A stretch of DNA of 62,480 bases, filler included, from Candidatus Coatesbacteria bacterium (GTDB lineage: Bacteria > JAFGND01), in NCBI GenBank assembly GCA_016927185.1. It is 4 parts of 4 records of this genome, joined end to end, with 100 filler letters (N's around TTAATTAATTAA, not from the genome) between each part and the next. Parts side by side here need not be neighbours in the genome. Positions count along the whole stretch, not along the records: positions 1 to 30,934 come from JAFGND010000050.1; 3 more parts are not named here. One strand, 5' to 3'. Positions 1 to 10,906 of the stretch are shown piece after piece (within the stretch, counting starts at the first letter, position 1; each line of letters opens with the position of its first letter). The position numbers and the translations under genes were made by a program. A model generated the notes under the pieces. That model made no database searches and was not told the DNA's origin. It saw only the letters and a list, made by a program, of their open reading frames with translations.

Positions 1-136
1 AATAGTCAAAAAAAAAAAAGAAATAGATTGTCAAGGATTTTTTATTCTCTTTTTAATATAGCCCCTAAGATTAATGGACTGAAAAAATATCCAATAAAAC
101 CTTGACTTAAAATCACTTATATGAGCTCATGATAAT

Positions 137-973
137 ATGAATGGTTTCCTTGTCATCTATCTGACACTCCTGTATCTGATTCCAGGTCCCCCAATTCCTG
201 ATATGATAGCATTGATAGATGAAACTCATCCATATTTCGCAACTGTATTGATAGATCCGGGACATGGTTCAATGTACAATGGAAGAGGAGTTGAGGATGA
301 GAACAATCTGGCAGTAGGAACAGCTCTTGCGAAATATCTGAGAAGCAAGGGTGTGCGTGTCCTTCTTACAAGAAACAGATCCTCTCACCAGGAAGACATT
401 ATTAATATAGAATATGCAAGGAGAAAGCTCAAGAACAGATGGGACAACAATTCACTTGATAATCTGACACGCACCTTGAAAGCTAATGATTATGGATGCC
501 AGGCAATAATCAGACTGCATACAGACAGCCATAAATTCAGGCGGCTTGATGCGTATTATCCTGATAAAGCTGGTTCGTTCAATGGATATACAGGTCCTTC
601 ACCATTTGTTTCTATGTACAGCTACCATCTTGCAAAATCAATAACCAGATTCGCAAACAGATATCTGCTTTCCCATGGACACAAGCCAGGATATATAAAC
701 AGGGAAAGTAATCTCAAGAGAAAAAAGGAAATAATAGCTACAAATGGATGTTTCAAGTGCAATCTGATTGCAAAATCTCCTGTTGTCTGGATTGAAATGA
801 CTGGACATGGTGATCCCAAGAATTCCGAATTTTTGAGGAAAAACAGGAAACTTTATGCAAAGGCAATCGGAGATGGAATAATAAATTTCCTTCAGTTATA
901 TGGAAATAATCTTAGTGAGCAGAAAGCTGAAAAATCACCAGGCATGGATAGCTTCCTGCAACCCTGGAATTAA
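137..973 (+). CDS. N-acetylmuramoyl-L-alanine amidase (Amidase_3 family) with hydrophobic N-terminus
   Basis: Motifs VLIDPGHG, E..NLAVG, V.LTR, IRLHTD and PVVWIE match the Zn ligands and catalytic Glu pattern of Amidase_3. Confidence 0.85.
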   Translation: MNGFLVIYLTLLYLIPGPPIPDMIALIDETHPYFATVLIDPGHGSMYNGRGVEDENNLAVGTALAKYLRSKGVRVLLTRNRSSHQEDIINIEYARRKLKNRWDNNSLDNLTRTLKANDYGCQAIIRLHTDSHKFRRLDAYYPDKAGSFNGYTGPSPFVSMYSYHLAKSITRFANRYLLSHGHKPGYINRESNLKRKKEIIATNGCFKCNLIAKSPVVWIEMTGHGDPKNSEFLRKNRKLYAKAIGDGIINFLQLYGNNLSEQKAEKSPGMDSFLQPWN

Positions 974-2085
974 TACTCCTTAAGACAGCATCTGCTGCAA
1001 ACCGGAAAAAGATTCTCCCTTATCATATTCCTGAACTTCCTGTATTTCTCTCCATTCCATATGTCAGTAAAATCACTCTCTAGTATATTTCCCATCTCTA
1101 TTCCAAGACATGGTGATAGCTGGGCATTTGGAAGTACCCTTACTCTCTGCCAGGGTGCAAGGCATTTTTTACTGAACTTTTCATCTGAAGGAGGATAGGT
1201 GTAATATTCATCTATCAGATTTTTTTCAATCAAAGGGAAGTAAGTTATATCAATGCCTGACTTGCTTGATAGTTCTTCCAGCCTTTCCATCAGCTCTTTA
1301 AGCTGACCTCTGTCAAGAAGTTCTCCCTCAGGATCATAAGATATTCCCATGTATGGGCTTTCATAGACATTCCTGTTAATGTTTTTTTGCTTTTCTATAT
1401 CAATGTTAGTAGAAAACATATTGTGCTGTATCTTCAGTTCATTCAAGCCCCAGTTCTTCATCAACTTAAGGAAGTCAGGTAAATCGCTTATATTATCTTT
1501 GTTTAGCGTAAGATTTATCCTTACTGAAGGAAGCGATTTCAAAGAATCCTTTTTAAACCTTATTATTTTCTCTATCCCCTGCCCTATCCTATCAAAGCTT
1601 TCTCCCCTTAATTTGTCCTGCACTTCTTTTGTGCCATCAAGGCTTATTATCAATCTTGTAAGTTCTGCTTTGATAATGCTTTCTGCAGATTCATGGAGAA
1701 GAACACCATTTGTATTGAGTGATACATACAGGTTTTTTGCTGTCAGATAGCTTATGAAACTGATTATATCTGGATGTAGAAGCGGTTCTCCACCTGTAAG
1801 ATAACATCTCGGAGAAAAGCCGCTTATCTTGTCAGCTATCAATTTAAGCTCATTGAATCTCAGAAATCCCTTTATTGCTCCATCAGGTTTGTTTGCCTCG
1901 GTTCTTCCCTGCCAGCAAAACGGGCATGATAGATTGCATGCATACAGCATGTCAAACACGACTAAATAAGGCTTGAATGAATATCCTTTGAGCAGATAAT
2001 AATCCAGAGGTAGATTCTGGTGAATAAAGGTTTTGGCAGCTGTCTTCAGGAAAGGCAGATTATGAAACAGGACTGACTTATCCAT
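970..2085 (-). CDS. Radical SAM protein with C-terminal SPASM/twitch domain
   Basis: CNLSCPFC (CxxxCxxC), LTGGEP, NTNG, ISLDG; C-terminal CLAPW..PC..GNI..CSRCC. Confidence 0.9.
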   Translation of the reverse strand: MDKSVLFHNLPFLKTAAKTFIHQNLPLDYYLLKGYSFKPYLVVFDMLYACNLSCPFCWQGRTEANKPDGAIKGFLRFNELKLIADKISGFSPRCYLTGGEPLLHPDIISFISYLTAKNLYVSLNTNGVLLHESAESIIKAELTRLIISLDGTKEVQDKLRGESFDRIGQGIEKIIRFKKDSLKSLPSVRINLTLNKDNISDLPDFLKLMKNWGLNELKIQHNMFSTNIDIEKQKNINRNVYESPYMGISYDPEGELLDRGQLKELMERLEELSSKSGIDITYFPLIEKNLIDEYYTYPPSDEKFSKKCLAPWQRVRVLPNAQLSPCLGIEMGNILESDFTDIWNGEKYRKFRNMIRENLFPVCSRCCLKEY

Positions 2086-2870
2086 TATGTTTCAATGAAA
2101 TGGTTAAGCGGTCCATGTCCCCTGCCTAATTCAGGAGCAGACTTTATCGCAGAATGAACATAATCAATGGCTTTCCTGCAGGATTCAGTAAGATTGTAAC
2201 CAATAGCCAGACATGCAGTTATTGCAGCAGACAACGTGCAGCCCGTTCCATGAGTGTTTCCTGAATATATTCTTTCATGGGTAAAGCATTCTGTCTCATT
2301 TCGAGTAAATAGCAAATCCTCAATTATTTTCCTGCTGTCATGTCCACCTTTTATAAGAACAGCTTCTGTACCCATTTCAAGCAATATCTCAGCAGCTCTT
2401 TTACAATCATCCCTGTTTCTTATTTCAATTCCCGAAAGAAGTTTTGCTTCCGGAATGTTGGGAGTTACAAGCCTTGAAAGGGGCAACAATCTTGTTTTCA
2501 CTACTTCTATCGCATTGTTCTGAAGCAGGATTGCACCGCTTTTTGATATCATGACTGGATCAACTACTAATGGAGGGTGTTTTTCTGTCCTTTCAAGTAC
2601 TCCGCAGACAGTATTAACTATTTCCTCATTAAACAGCATGCCTGTCTTCACTGCATCAGGAAAAATGTCTTCAAGAACTGCATCCAGCTGTGCTTTAACA
2701 ATGTCGGCATTAATTTGCTGAATGCCAGTTACTTCGAGAGTATTCTGTGCAGTGATTGCGGTAATGACTGATGTTCCGAACACCTTGAATGCAGAAAATG
2801 TTTTCAGATCAGCCTGTATTCCAGCGCCTCCTCCTGAATCGCTTCCAGCAATTGTTAATGCAGTTTTCAT
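2085..2870 (-). CDS. thiD: Hydroxymethylpyrimidine/phosphomethylpyrimidine kinase
   Basis: [52 protein letters not shown]. Confidence 0.96.
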   Translation of the reverse strand: MKTALTIAGSDSGGGAGIQADLKTFSAFKVFGTSVITAITAQNTLEVTGIQQINADIVKAQLDAVLEDIFPDAVKTGMLFNEEIVNTVCGVLERTEKHPPLVVDPVMISKSGAILLQNNAIEVVKTRLLPLSRLVTPNIPEAKLLSGIEIRNRDDCKRAAEILLEMGTEAVLIKGGHDSRKIIEDLLFTRNETECFTHERIYSGNTHGTGCTLSAAITACLAIGYNLTESCRKAIDYVHSAIKSAPELGRGHGPLNHFIET

Positions 2871-2933
2871 GTAACGGATTTGTTTAAAGAATCAGTTTTT
2901 TTGTCAAGAAATGCCTGAAAAATAATAGGAATT

Positions 2934-3164
2934 CTATCTGTAGAGCTTCTTTATTTCTCCGAATGTCATTTTCCTTAGAGAGTAATAATCCCATTCTTCA
3001 TTGAAAATTCCCTTAAGGATTTCATTTGTATTGAACTTTGAACTATTGTCCAGATATTTCTTCATTTTCGGTTCAAGTTATATTGAAACATTCTCTTTTG
3101 TTAAATATATTCTGGGATCTTCTAGAATGCTTATAGACAGTGTTTTCAAGTATAAATACCCCAT
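2934..3164 (-). pseudogene. Possible gene remnant or 43-aa small ORF
   Basis: Hand translation from ATG 3164 gives MGYLYLKTLSISILEDPRIYLTKENVSI*LEPKMKKYLDNSSKFNTNEILKGIFNEEWDYYSLRKMTFGEIKKLYR* with one internal TAA (3078-3080); no family recognised. Confidence 0.25.
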
Positions 3165-3510
3165 TTAAGGTCATAAAACCTTATTTGAGGCATGGAATAC
3201 CCCAGATGAGGCATTCCTCTTAAATGCCTTATGGATAATTACTTATCTGATTGTTGCTTAAAGAGCACAATTACTGATTTTCTCTTGTTACAATAAATCT
3301 ACAATGTTATAATTCCTGATTTACAGATCTTTTCCATATTTCTTTTTAAATCCTTATTTTAAAACGTTTTCTGAATGTTGATAGATAACTCAAGGCAGAA
3401 GAACAGGAGGTGAATATTTTTCATTAAGAATTATATAAAATCATATCAAGAGAATAAAGATCTGAAGCATATCCCTTGCCTTATTATTATAAAGGAAAGG
3501 TAGTCAAAAG

Positions 3511-3550
3511 TAACTACTTTTGCATGCTTTTGCATACTTTTATATACTTT
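3511..3550. repeat. Four imperfect tandem 10-bp repeats
   Basis: TAACTACTTT TGCATGCTTT TGCATACTTT TATATACTTT, with inverted AAAAGTA copies at 3506-3512 and 3557-3563. Confidence 0.6.
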
Positions 3551-3594
3551 TATGGTAAAAGTAAGGTAATTTTTAAGAAAAAATATTTTTTCCC

Positions 3595-3623
3595 TTGACA
3601 AAATCACTAAATGATCGTATATT
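3595..3623 (+). promoter_or_regulatory. Sigma70-type promoter
   Basis: TTGACA (3595-3600), 17-nt spacer, TATATT (3618-3623), with an A/T tract upstream. Confidence 0.65.
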
Positions 3624-3837
3624 ATTAGTGAAATTTCTAATGGCGAGAAAACTGACCTTTTGGGTTTTAATAGACCTCATTAATATATGAACTTACAAGG
3701 TGTGTTGAAATCAGCGGAACTTCGGTTCATGAAAAAGAATCTGGAAAGAAGATGAAAGGAAACAAGTAAGATTTAGTCAACATTTGCCTTGACAGAAAGT
3801 TACATATATAGGTCTATAGCAACAACTTATTTTTACA

Positions 3838-3919
3838 GCGAGAGTGGTGGAATTGGCAGACGCGCTGGACTTAGGATCCAGTGGAGAAATCCATGGGGGT
3901 TCGAGTCCCCCCTTTCGCA
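3838..3919 (+). tRNA. tRNA-Leu (anticodon TAG); CCA not encoded
   Basis: Acceptor GCGAGAG/CTTTCGC, D-loop GGAATTGGCAGAC, anticodon arm CTGGA-CTTAGGA-TCCAG, long variable arm, T-arm GGGGG-TTCGAGT-CCCCC; followed by CTA. Confidence 0.96.
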
Positions 3920-3943
3920 CTATTAAAGCAGTTAGGAGTGATA

Positions 3944-5287
3944 ATGAAATTATCAGCAAACAAAGTATCTGAAAACAGGGAAGAACTTCTTATAGAAATA
4001 CCGAAGGAAGATATTGCTATCAAGAAGGAAGAAAAACTGAAGAAATACGGAAAAAATGCCCAATTAAAAGGTTTCAGGAAAGGAAAAGCTCCCAAATGGG
4101 CAATTGAAAATGCTTATAAAGACAAAATTGCAACAGAGATCATAGAGGAATACTACAAGATAGCTATAGAAAAAGCAAGGGAAGAAAATCCTTCAAGAAT
4201 ATTGAGTTATGCTTCTATAAAGGAATTTGACTTCAAGGATGATACTGACTTGAAAATGCTTATAAACTATCCTCTCATCCCTGAAGTACAAGATATTGAT
4301 TTCAAGGAATTAGAGTATTCAGATATTCCCCTAGAAGTAAAGGATGAAGAAATCAATAAAACTATAGATGATATAAGAGATAAGCTAGCATACTTCAAGA
4401 CAGTAGACAAGAAATCTGAAATTGGTGATTTCCTTCTGGTGACTTTCGAGGGTGATGATCCCAACAAAGAACCAGCTACTTTGGAGGTAATGAAAAAGGA
4501 AAAAGGGGTTATTGATTTGGAAGGCTTATCCAAGGGTGAGCAGGTAGAAAGAGAACTAGAAATCTCTGATGCTGATGGTTCGGTATCAGGAAGTAAAAAA
4601 GGGAAAGTCAAAATTAATGTACTTGCAGTCCAGAACAAAGTGCTTCCTGAAATAAATGATGATCTGGCAAAAGCTGCAACTCTTGGGGAAACACTACTTG
4701 AGATGAGATTGAAAATCAGGGAAGAGATAATGAAGTATAAGGAAGAGGAAGCAAGAAAGAAGAATGAAGATGAACTTGTCAATCACCTTGTAAAGCGTTA
4801 TCCTTTGCAAATTCCTGAAGAAATTCTCAATGATGCTGCACAAGATAATATCAACCATTTCCTCAAGCATTACGGAGATGCATTCAAGGCAGATGCTGAA
4901 CTGGAGAAAAAACTTATAGAAAGGGAGAAAAAAGTTGTAGAAAGATCTTACAGATGGGCATTGTTGAAAGATCATATAATAGAAAAAGAAAAAATCAATG
5001 TTACTCTTGAAGAAGCAGAAAAATCTCTCAGAGATTATTACAAAGAGCAATATGATACTAATCAGGAGCTTATCGCAAGCAAACCCAAGTTGATAGAAAA
5101 AGAGGTGGAATACCTCAAGGAACAGAAAGTCTTAAATCTCTTGACAAGTCATGGCAAGAAAGTGGAGATGAAAGAGGAACTCCCTCATGAGCATGATCCA
5201 GATGGGAGTTGCTGCTCTAAAAACGGTGAACAGAGCGATGAAGTCCTGACACAGGAAACAATAGAAGAAAACAATAAGGAGACTTAA
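3944..5287 (+). CDS. tig: Trigger factor
   Basis: GFRKGKAP ribosome-binding motif and tRNA-Leu-tig-clpP-clpX-lon synteny. Start moved to ATG 3944 (SD AGGAG) because the ORF-track start lies inside the tRNA. Confidence 0.9.
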   Translation: MKLSANKVSENREELLIEIPKEDIAIKKEEKLKKYGKNAQLKGFRKGKAPKWAIENAYKDKIATEIIEEYYKIAIEKAREENPSRILSYASIKEFDFKDDTDLKMLINYPLIPEVQDIDFKELEYSDIPLEVKDEEINKTIDDIRDKLAYFKTVDKKSEIGDFLLVTFEGDDPNKEPATLEVMKKEKGVIDLEGLSKGEQVERELEISDADGSVSGSKKGKVKINVLAVQNKVLPEINDDLAKAATLGETLLEMRLKIREEIMKYKEEEARKKNEDELVNHLVKRYPLQIPEEILNDAAQDNINHFLKHYGDAFKADAELEKKLIEREKKVVERSYRWALLKDHIIEKEKINVTLEEAEKSLRDYYKEQYDTNQELIASKPKLIEKEVEYLKEQKVLNLLTSHGKKVEMKEELPHEHDPDGSCCSKNGEQSDEVLTQETIEENNKET

Positions 5288-5881
5288 ATGATACCAATGG
5301 TAATTGAACAAACTGGAAGAACTGAAAGAGCATATGACATATATTCCAGGCTATTGAAAGAGAGAATTGTTTTTGTCGGAGGAGAACTTCATGATTTCCT
5401 TGCAAATGTAGTGATAGCTCAGCTCTTGCACCTGGAAGCTGATGACAAGGAAGCAGATATTCACTTATATATAAATTCTCCAGGTGGAAGCGTATCTGCA
5501 GGACTAGCCATCTATGATACAATACAATTCATAAATCCAGATGTATCAACGATTTGCATTGGTCAGGCTGTGAGCATGGCTGCAGTTCTTATGGCATCAG
5601 GATGCTGTGGCAAAAGATTTGCACTTCCACATTCAAGAATAATGCTGCATCAACCTTATGGTGGCATAGGAGGTCAGGCTGAAGACATAAGGATTCTTGC
5701 CCAGGAAGCATTGTACAGAAAAAAATCCTTGAATGAAATACTTTCAAAACACACTGGCAGGAATACGGAGGATATAGAAAAAGATACCGAAAGATATCAT
5801 TTCATGAGTGCTGAAGAAGCAAAGACGTATGGTTTAATTGATGATGTGATTACCCAGAGAAGATCTGCGACGAAGTTGTAA
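5288..5881 (+). CDS. clpP: ATP-dependent Clp protease proteolytic subunit (triad Asp position reads Tyr)
   Basis: [32 protein letters not shown] (Ser), MLHQP (His), DTERYHF. Confidence 0.96.
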   Translation: MIPMVIEQTGRTERAYDIYSRLLKERIVFVGGELHDFLANVVIAQLLHLEADDKEADIHLYINSPGGSVSAGLAIYDTIQFINPDVSTICIGQAVSMAAVLMASGCCGKRFALPHSRIMLHQPYGGIGGQAEDIRILAQEALYRKKSLNEILSKHTGRNTEDIEKDTERYHFMSAEEAKTYGLIDDVITQRRSATKL

Positions 5882-5891
5882 AGGAGAATAC

Positions 5892-7136
5892 ATGTTCAAG
5901 GCAAAGGAAAAAGAAAAAGAGCGCTGCAGCTTTTGCGGTAAAACCAAGAGACAAGTGGATCAACTGATATCCGGGAAGGATGGTCTTATATGCAATGAAT
6001 GCATAACAGTATGCCAGCAGATCCTTGAGAGATCCAAAAAATCGCAAGTAAAGTTCCCTGCTTCCATGCCAACCCCTGCCCAGATAAAACTACATCTTGA
6101 TAAGTATGTCATAGGTCAGGACGACGCAAAAATAGCAATTTCTACTGCAGTTTATAACCATTTCAAGAGAATATTAACTCCATCAAAGAATCTTGAAGAT
6201 GTTGAGATTTCTAAAAGCAATCTTCTTCTTATTGGACCAACAGGGACAGGGAAAACTCTTCTTGCAAGCAGTCTGGCAAAATTCCTGAATGTCCCATTTG
6301 CAATAGGGGATGCAACCACATTGACAGAAGCCGGTTATGTCGGAGATGATGTGGAGAATATTTTGCTCAGATTAATACAGAATGCAGATGATGATGTGGA
6401 AAGAGCACAGACAGGTATAATATACATCGATGAACTGGACAAGATTGCAAGAAAATCCGAGAATGTCTCCATAACAAGAGATGTTTCTGGAGAAGGTGTT
6501 CAGCAAGCATTGTTAAAAATACTTGAGGGGACTATATCTGGAGTTCCACCACAGGGAGGCAGAAAGCACCCTTACCAGGGAAATATCCAGATTGACACAA
6601 CCAACATACTTTTTATTTGCGGAGGAGCTTTTGATGGTCTTTCCAGCATTATCAGGAGACGAATAGGAAAAGCAAAAGTGGGATTCAAGGCAGATTTCAT
6701 TGATCCCCGTGAAGAGACTGAAGCAATGCTAATGAAACAGGTTGAAGCAAGGGATTTGATTCAATATGGTTTAATTCCGGAAATGGTAGGAAGATTGCCT
6801 GTAGTAACTGCTTTAGATGATCTTTCCATAGAAGCGTTGATGCAGATTTTAACTGATCCCAAAAACGCAATTGTAAAGCAATTCACTGCACTGCTTGAAA
6901 TGGATGGAGTGAAACTCAGATTCACGCGAGAAGCTCTTCATACTATTGCAGAACTTGCTGAGAAAAAAGGCATGGGAGCAAGAGGCTTGAGAAGCATTGT
7001 AGAAAAATTCATGATACCAATAATGTTTGAATTGCCTGACATGGAAGGTGTTGTTACTGAATGCGTAATTTCAAAGGATGTAGTAATGGGATTGAAGAAA
7101 CCTGTTTACACAACAAGAGATAGAAGTACTGGATAA
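5892..7136 (+). CDS. clpX: Clp protease ATP-binding subunit ClpX
   Basis: C4 zinc finger [20 protein letters not shown] pore loop, [23 protein letters not shown] loop. Confidence 0.98.
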   Translation: MFKAKEKEKERCSFCGKTKRQVDQLISGKDGLICNECITVCQQILERSKKSQVKFPASMPTPAQIKLHLDKYVIGQDDAKIAISTAVYNHFKRILTPSKNLEDVEISKSNLLLIGPTGTGKTLLASSLAKFLNVPFAIGDATTLTEAGYVGDDVENILLRLIQNADDDVERAQTGIIYIDELDKIARKSENVSITRDVSGEGVQQALLKILEGTISGVPPQGGRKHPYQGNIQIDTTNILFICGGAFDGLSSIIRRRIGKAKVGFKADFIDPREETEAMLMKQVEARDLIQYGLIPEMVGRLPVVTALDDLSIEALMQILTDPKNAIVKQFTALLEMDGVKLRFTREALHTIAELAEKKGMGARGLRSIVEKFMIPIMFELPDMEGVVTECVISKDVVMGLKKPVYTTRDRSTG

Positions 7137-9502
7137 TGCCAAAAGAAAAAATTACTACTAACAAAGAAATAAATGATTTAAAGAAGATACCTGACACATT
7201 ACCTTTGATACCATTAAGGGATCTTGTAATATTCCCTTATATAGCATCACCCGTACTTGTTGGTCGTCCTGATTCCCTGAATGCAATGCTTTATGCTGTT
7301 GATCATGAAGAATATGTATTTCTCACCTGCCAGAAAGATGCAGAAGTTGAAAATCCTCAAATGGCTGATCTTTACAGAACAGGAACAATTGCCAAGATAC
7401 TTCAATACATAAAACTTCCAAACAACTCAGCAAAAATGCTGATAGAAGGTCTTTGCAAGGCAATGATTACAGAAAGTAGATTAACAAAGGATTTTATTAA
7501 GGTTAAGTATAGAATAATTGAAGAGAAATTCATTCATAATCTACGTTCTGAAGCTCTTTTCAGGAGTGTGCTGGAATCCTTCTCGGAATATGTAAAACTG
7601 AACAAGAGATTGCCCGACGAAATCCTTCTGTCTTTGAGAAATGAAGACAATCCCATCAGACTGTCTTATCTGCTTGCAGCACATTTACTTGTCAAGACAA
7701 GCATCAAGCAGGAATTTCTTGAAACTGTCAATCTCACAGAGAGATTCGAGAAAATCGCAAGTATTCTCATGTCTGAAATTGAGATACTTAGAATAGAAAG
7801 AGAAATAGAGGATCAGGTAAGGGATCAGGTGCAGAAGAACCAGCGTGAGTTTTATTTGCATGAGCAGCTAAAAGCAATAAGAAAGGAGTTAAGCACTGGC
7901 ATCGGAATTGAAGAGACTGATGAAACTGAAGAACTTGAACAGAAAATTACAGAAGCAGGCATGACAGAGGAAGCTTTCAATAAGGCAACGAAAGAGCTTC
8001 ATAGAATGTCCCAGATGCCTTCAATGACTCCGGAAGCTGCTGTAGTAAGAAATTATCTTGATTGGCTTATAAACCTGCCATGGCAAAAACAGACTGAAGA
8101 TATACTGGATATAAAACTTGCCCAGAGAATACTGGATGAAGATCATTACGGTCTTGAGAAAATAAAGGAAAGAATAGTTGAGTATCTTGCAGTAAGACAG
8201 CTTAATCCAAATCTAAAAGGCCCGATAATATGTTTTGTAGGTCCTCCTGGTGTTGGGAAAACCTCACTTGGTAAAAGCATCGCAAGAGCTCTTAACAGAA
8301 AATTCGTGAGAGTGAGTCTGGGTGGTATCAGAGATGAAGCTGAGATAAGAGGTCATAGAAGAACATATATTGGAAGCATGCCAGGTAAAATAATTCAGGG
8401 GATAAAAAAAGCTGGTGTCAAGAATCCTGTTTTTCTGCTAGATGAAATAGACAAACTAGGTATAGATTTCAGGGGAGATCCTTCTTCTGCACTTCTTGAA
8501 GCTCTGGATCCGGAACAAAACAAGGCATTCAATGATCATTATATAGAAGTTGATTTTGATCTCTCTCAGGTCATGTTCATAACTACTGCAAATGTGATTC
8601 ATACAATACCTCCTCCGCTTCTTGACAGAATGGAAGTGCTGAGGCTTCCTGGATACATAGATTATGAAAAAATTGAAATAGCTAAGGGCTTCCTGATTCC
8701 GAAGCAGATAAAAGAGAATGGACTTAAAAAAAAGGATCTCTCTTTCACAGTTGAAGGATTACAGAGCCTGATTGATGAATACACAAAAGAAGCTGGAGTA
8801 AGAAACCTTGAAAGAGAAATAGGCTCCATATGCAGGAAAGTAGCAAGAAGAAAGGCAGAAAACAAGAAAAGCAAGACCATTAAAATAACAAGAGATAGTA
8901 TCAAGGATTTAATCGGTATTCCACGCTTCATACCTTCATCAAAGCCAAAAGGTGGCGAAATAGGTGTTGCTGTAGGTCTTGCATGGACTTCAGTTGGGGG
9001 AGATATCTTGAAAATTGAAGCACTGACATTACCTGGAAAAGGAAATCTGGTACTTACAGGGAAATTGGGGAAAGTTATGCAAGAATCTGCCCAGGCTGCA
9101 ATGAGTTTTGCAAGATCAAGAGCCGAAATACTTGGGCTTGAATCAGATTTTTATCAGAATCTAGATATACATATTCATCTTCCAGAAGGTGCGATTCCCA
9201 AAGATGGACCTTCTGCAGGCATAACAATGGCAGTTGCCTTGATGAGTGCATTATCTAAAAAACCGGTTATTCCTGATATTGCAATGACAGGAGAGATAAC
9301 TCTTCAAGGAGAGGTAATCCCGATTGGTGGCTTGAATGAAAAACTTGTAGCTGCAAAAAGAGCTGGGATTAAACAGGTACTTGTTCCATATGGAAACAAG
9401 AAAGACCTGGAAGAAATTAATGTTAAAATAACTGAAGGGATGGAGATAAAGTTGATTTCGGATATGGATGAGGTGTTAAAACTGGCTCTGGATGCAAAAT
9501 AA
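7136..9502 (+). CDS. lon: Endopeptidase La (Lon)
   Basis: LPLIPLRD N-domain, [23 protein letters not shown] catalytic Ser, EKLVAA Lys. Confidence 0.98.
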   Translation: MPKEKITTNKEINDLKKIPDTLPLIPLRDLVIFPYIASPVLVGRPDSLNAMLYAVDHEEYVFLTCQKDAEVENPQMADLYRTGTIAKILQYIKLPNNSAKMLIEGLCKAMITESRLTKDFIKVKYRIIEEKFIHNLRSEALFRSVLESFSEYVKLNKRLPDEILLSLRNEDNPIRLSYLLAAHLLVKTSIKQEFLETVNLTERFEKIASILMSEIEILRIEREIEDQVRDQVQKNQREFYLHEQLKAIRKELSTGIGIEETDETEELEQKITEAGMTEEAFNKATKELHRMSQMPSMTPEAAVVRNYLDWLINLPWQKQTEDILDIKLAQRILDEDHYGLEKIKERIVEYLAVRQLNPNLKGPIICFVGPPGVGKTSLGKSIARALNRKFVRVSLGGIRDEAEIRGHRRTYIGSMPGKIIQGIKKAGVKNPVFLLDEIDKLGIDFRGDPSSALLEALDPEQNKAFNDHYIEVDFDLSQVMFITTANVIHTIPPPLLDRMEVLRLPGYIDYEKIEIAKGFLIPKQIKENGLKKKDLSFTVEGLQSLIDEYTKEAGVRNLEREIGSICRKVARRKAENKKSKTIKITRDSIKDLIGIPRFIPSSKPKGGEIGVAVGLAWTSVGGDILKIEALTLPGKGNLVLTGKLGKVMQESAQAAMSFARSRAEILGLESDFYQNLDIHIHLPEGAIPKDGPSAGITMAVALMSALSKKPVIPDIAMTGEITLQGEVIPIGGLNEKLVAAKRAGIKQVLVPYGNKKDLEEINVKITEGMEIKLISDMDEVLKLALDAK

Positions 9503-9511
9503 AGGCTAGAT

Positions 9512-10906
9512 ATGGCAGCTACATCCTGGCAGAGATATGTTTTTCCAGTTCTTCAGATAATTGGTGATTGTGCTGCAACATCTTTTGCAATTCTGATAAC
9601 TTTCCAGATTAGAAAAGAGCTACTGACTGGTATACTTCCCTACCTTATCCATCCTCTTATAATATATCTGAGAGTTATTCCTTTTGTCATATTTGTAACT
9701 GTATTCGTGTTTGCATTACAGAACCTCTATGCCAGACAGAGGAATGTAACTACTTTCAAGGAGTGGATCAGCATAATCAAGGGAGTCAGTATTGTAGTTC
9801 TTGTTATAATGTCAGCATCTTTCCTCTATCAATTTGTATATTCAAGAACAATTATAATAATGTTCTATGCAATTGATATAATATTACTTACAATAGTAAG
9901 ACTGATATTTAGAAGATTCCGGACTTTTCTTTTGACTAAAGAATTCGATACGATAAGAGCACTGATTCTTGGAACGAAGGAAACCGCACGAATAATTGCT
10001 TCTAAAATGAAACGTTTTCCTACTCTGGGATACAGGGTGATAGGTTTTGTTCAAAGCTCAACCGGTTTAGGTCAAGCTCATGAACTTGAAAAACTCCCAC
10101 TGCTTGGGACCTGGCATCACCTGAAGGATATTGTAGCCAAGCATAACATAGAGGAGGTATTTGTTGCAGATCCTAACATCCCGCATCAGGAGCTTCTTGA
10201 TCTGGTATCTCAATTCGATAGCAAACAGATAAAATTCAGGGTAGTGACAGATCTATTCGAGATTATCTCAAGCGAAACTGATATAATTGGCGTTGCAGAT
10301 ACTCCTGTCATAAACCTCAATACGTCAACATTGACTCCTACATGGGCTGTTATAAAGCGTTTGTTCGATATACTTGTATCAATATTGGTATTGATAATGA
10401 CTTTGCCCTTCTGGATTCTTGTAGGAATACTTATAAAGATTGATTCAAAAGGTCCTGTCATTTTCAAGCAAAAACGCATAGGATTGAACGGAAGAGAATT
10501 CATGATGTACAAATTCAGGACAATGCATTCAAACACAGAAGTTTTTGCCCCTGCACCATCAACTATGGAGGATATCAGGATAACCAGGATTGGGAAGTTC
10601 CTGAGAGTTTCCTCTGTTGATGAGGTCCCACAGATAATAAATGTACTTAAAGGAGATATGAGCCTTGTAGGACCCAGACCTGAAATGCCTTTCATTGTTG
10701 AAACTTATAAACCATGGCAGAGAAAAAGGCTGGAAGTAAAACCAGGACTTACAGGCCTCTGGCAGGTTCTTGGACGCAAGGATCTCCCTCTTCATGAAAA
10801 TATAGAATACGATTTCTATTATATTAGAAATTGGTCGTTCCTGCTTGATATGGTGATTATAATAAAAACAATACCGTCGGTTCTAAAAGCAAAAGGTGCT
10901 TATTAA
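9512..10906 (+). CDS. Polyprenyl-phosphate sugar phosphotransferase (WcaJ/WbaP-like)
   Basis: N-terminal TM helices, Rossmann-like middle, KRLFD, YKFRTM, DEVPQ, MSLVGPRPE, KPGLTGLWQ. Confidence 0.92.
   Translation: MAATSWQRYVFPVLQIIGDCAATSFAILITFQIRKELLTGILPYLIHPLIIYLRVIPFVIFVTVFVFALQNLYARQRNVTTFKEWISIIKGVSIVVLVIMSASFLYQFVYSRTIIIMFYAIDIILLTIVRLIFRRFRTFLLTKEFDTIRALILGTKETARIIASKMKRFPTLGYRVIGFVQSSTGLGQAHELEKLPLLGTWHHLKDIVAKHNIEEVFVADPNIPHQELLDLVSQFDSKQIKFRVVTDLFEIISSETDIIGVADTPVINLNTSTLTPTWAVIKRLFDILVSILVLIMTLPFWILVGILIKIDSKGPVIFKQKRIGLNGREFMMYKFRTMHSNTEVFAPAPSTMEDIRITRIGKFLRVSSVDEVPQIINVLKGDMSLVGPRPEMPFIVETYKPWQRKRLEVKPGLTGLWQVLGRKDLPLHENIEYDFYYIRNWSFLLDMVIIIKTIPSVLKAKGAY

Noticed and set aside
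2871-2935. TPP riboswitch upstream of thiD
   Set aside because: No CUGAGA core, and a TTGACA lies only about 35 nt from the start codon, leaving no room.
2871-3837. Replication origin in the long AT-rich gap
   Set aside because: No cluster of TTATCCACA-like DnaA boxes seen and no dnaA or other origin-linked genes nearby.
3777-4095. ORFs 3777-3959 and 3871-4095 and the N-terminal extension of tig from 3881
   Set aside because: They overlap tRNA-Leu; tig has a good SD and ATG at 3944.
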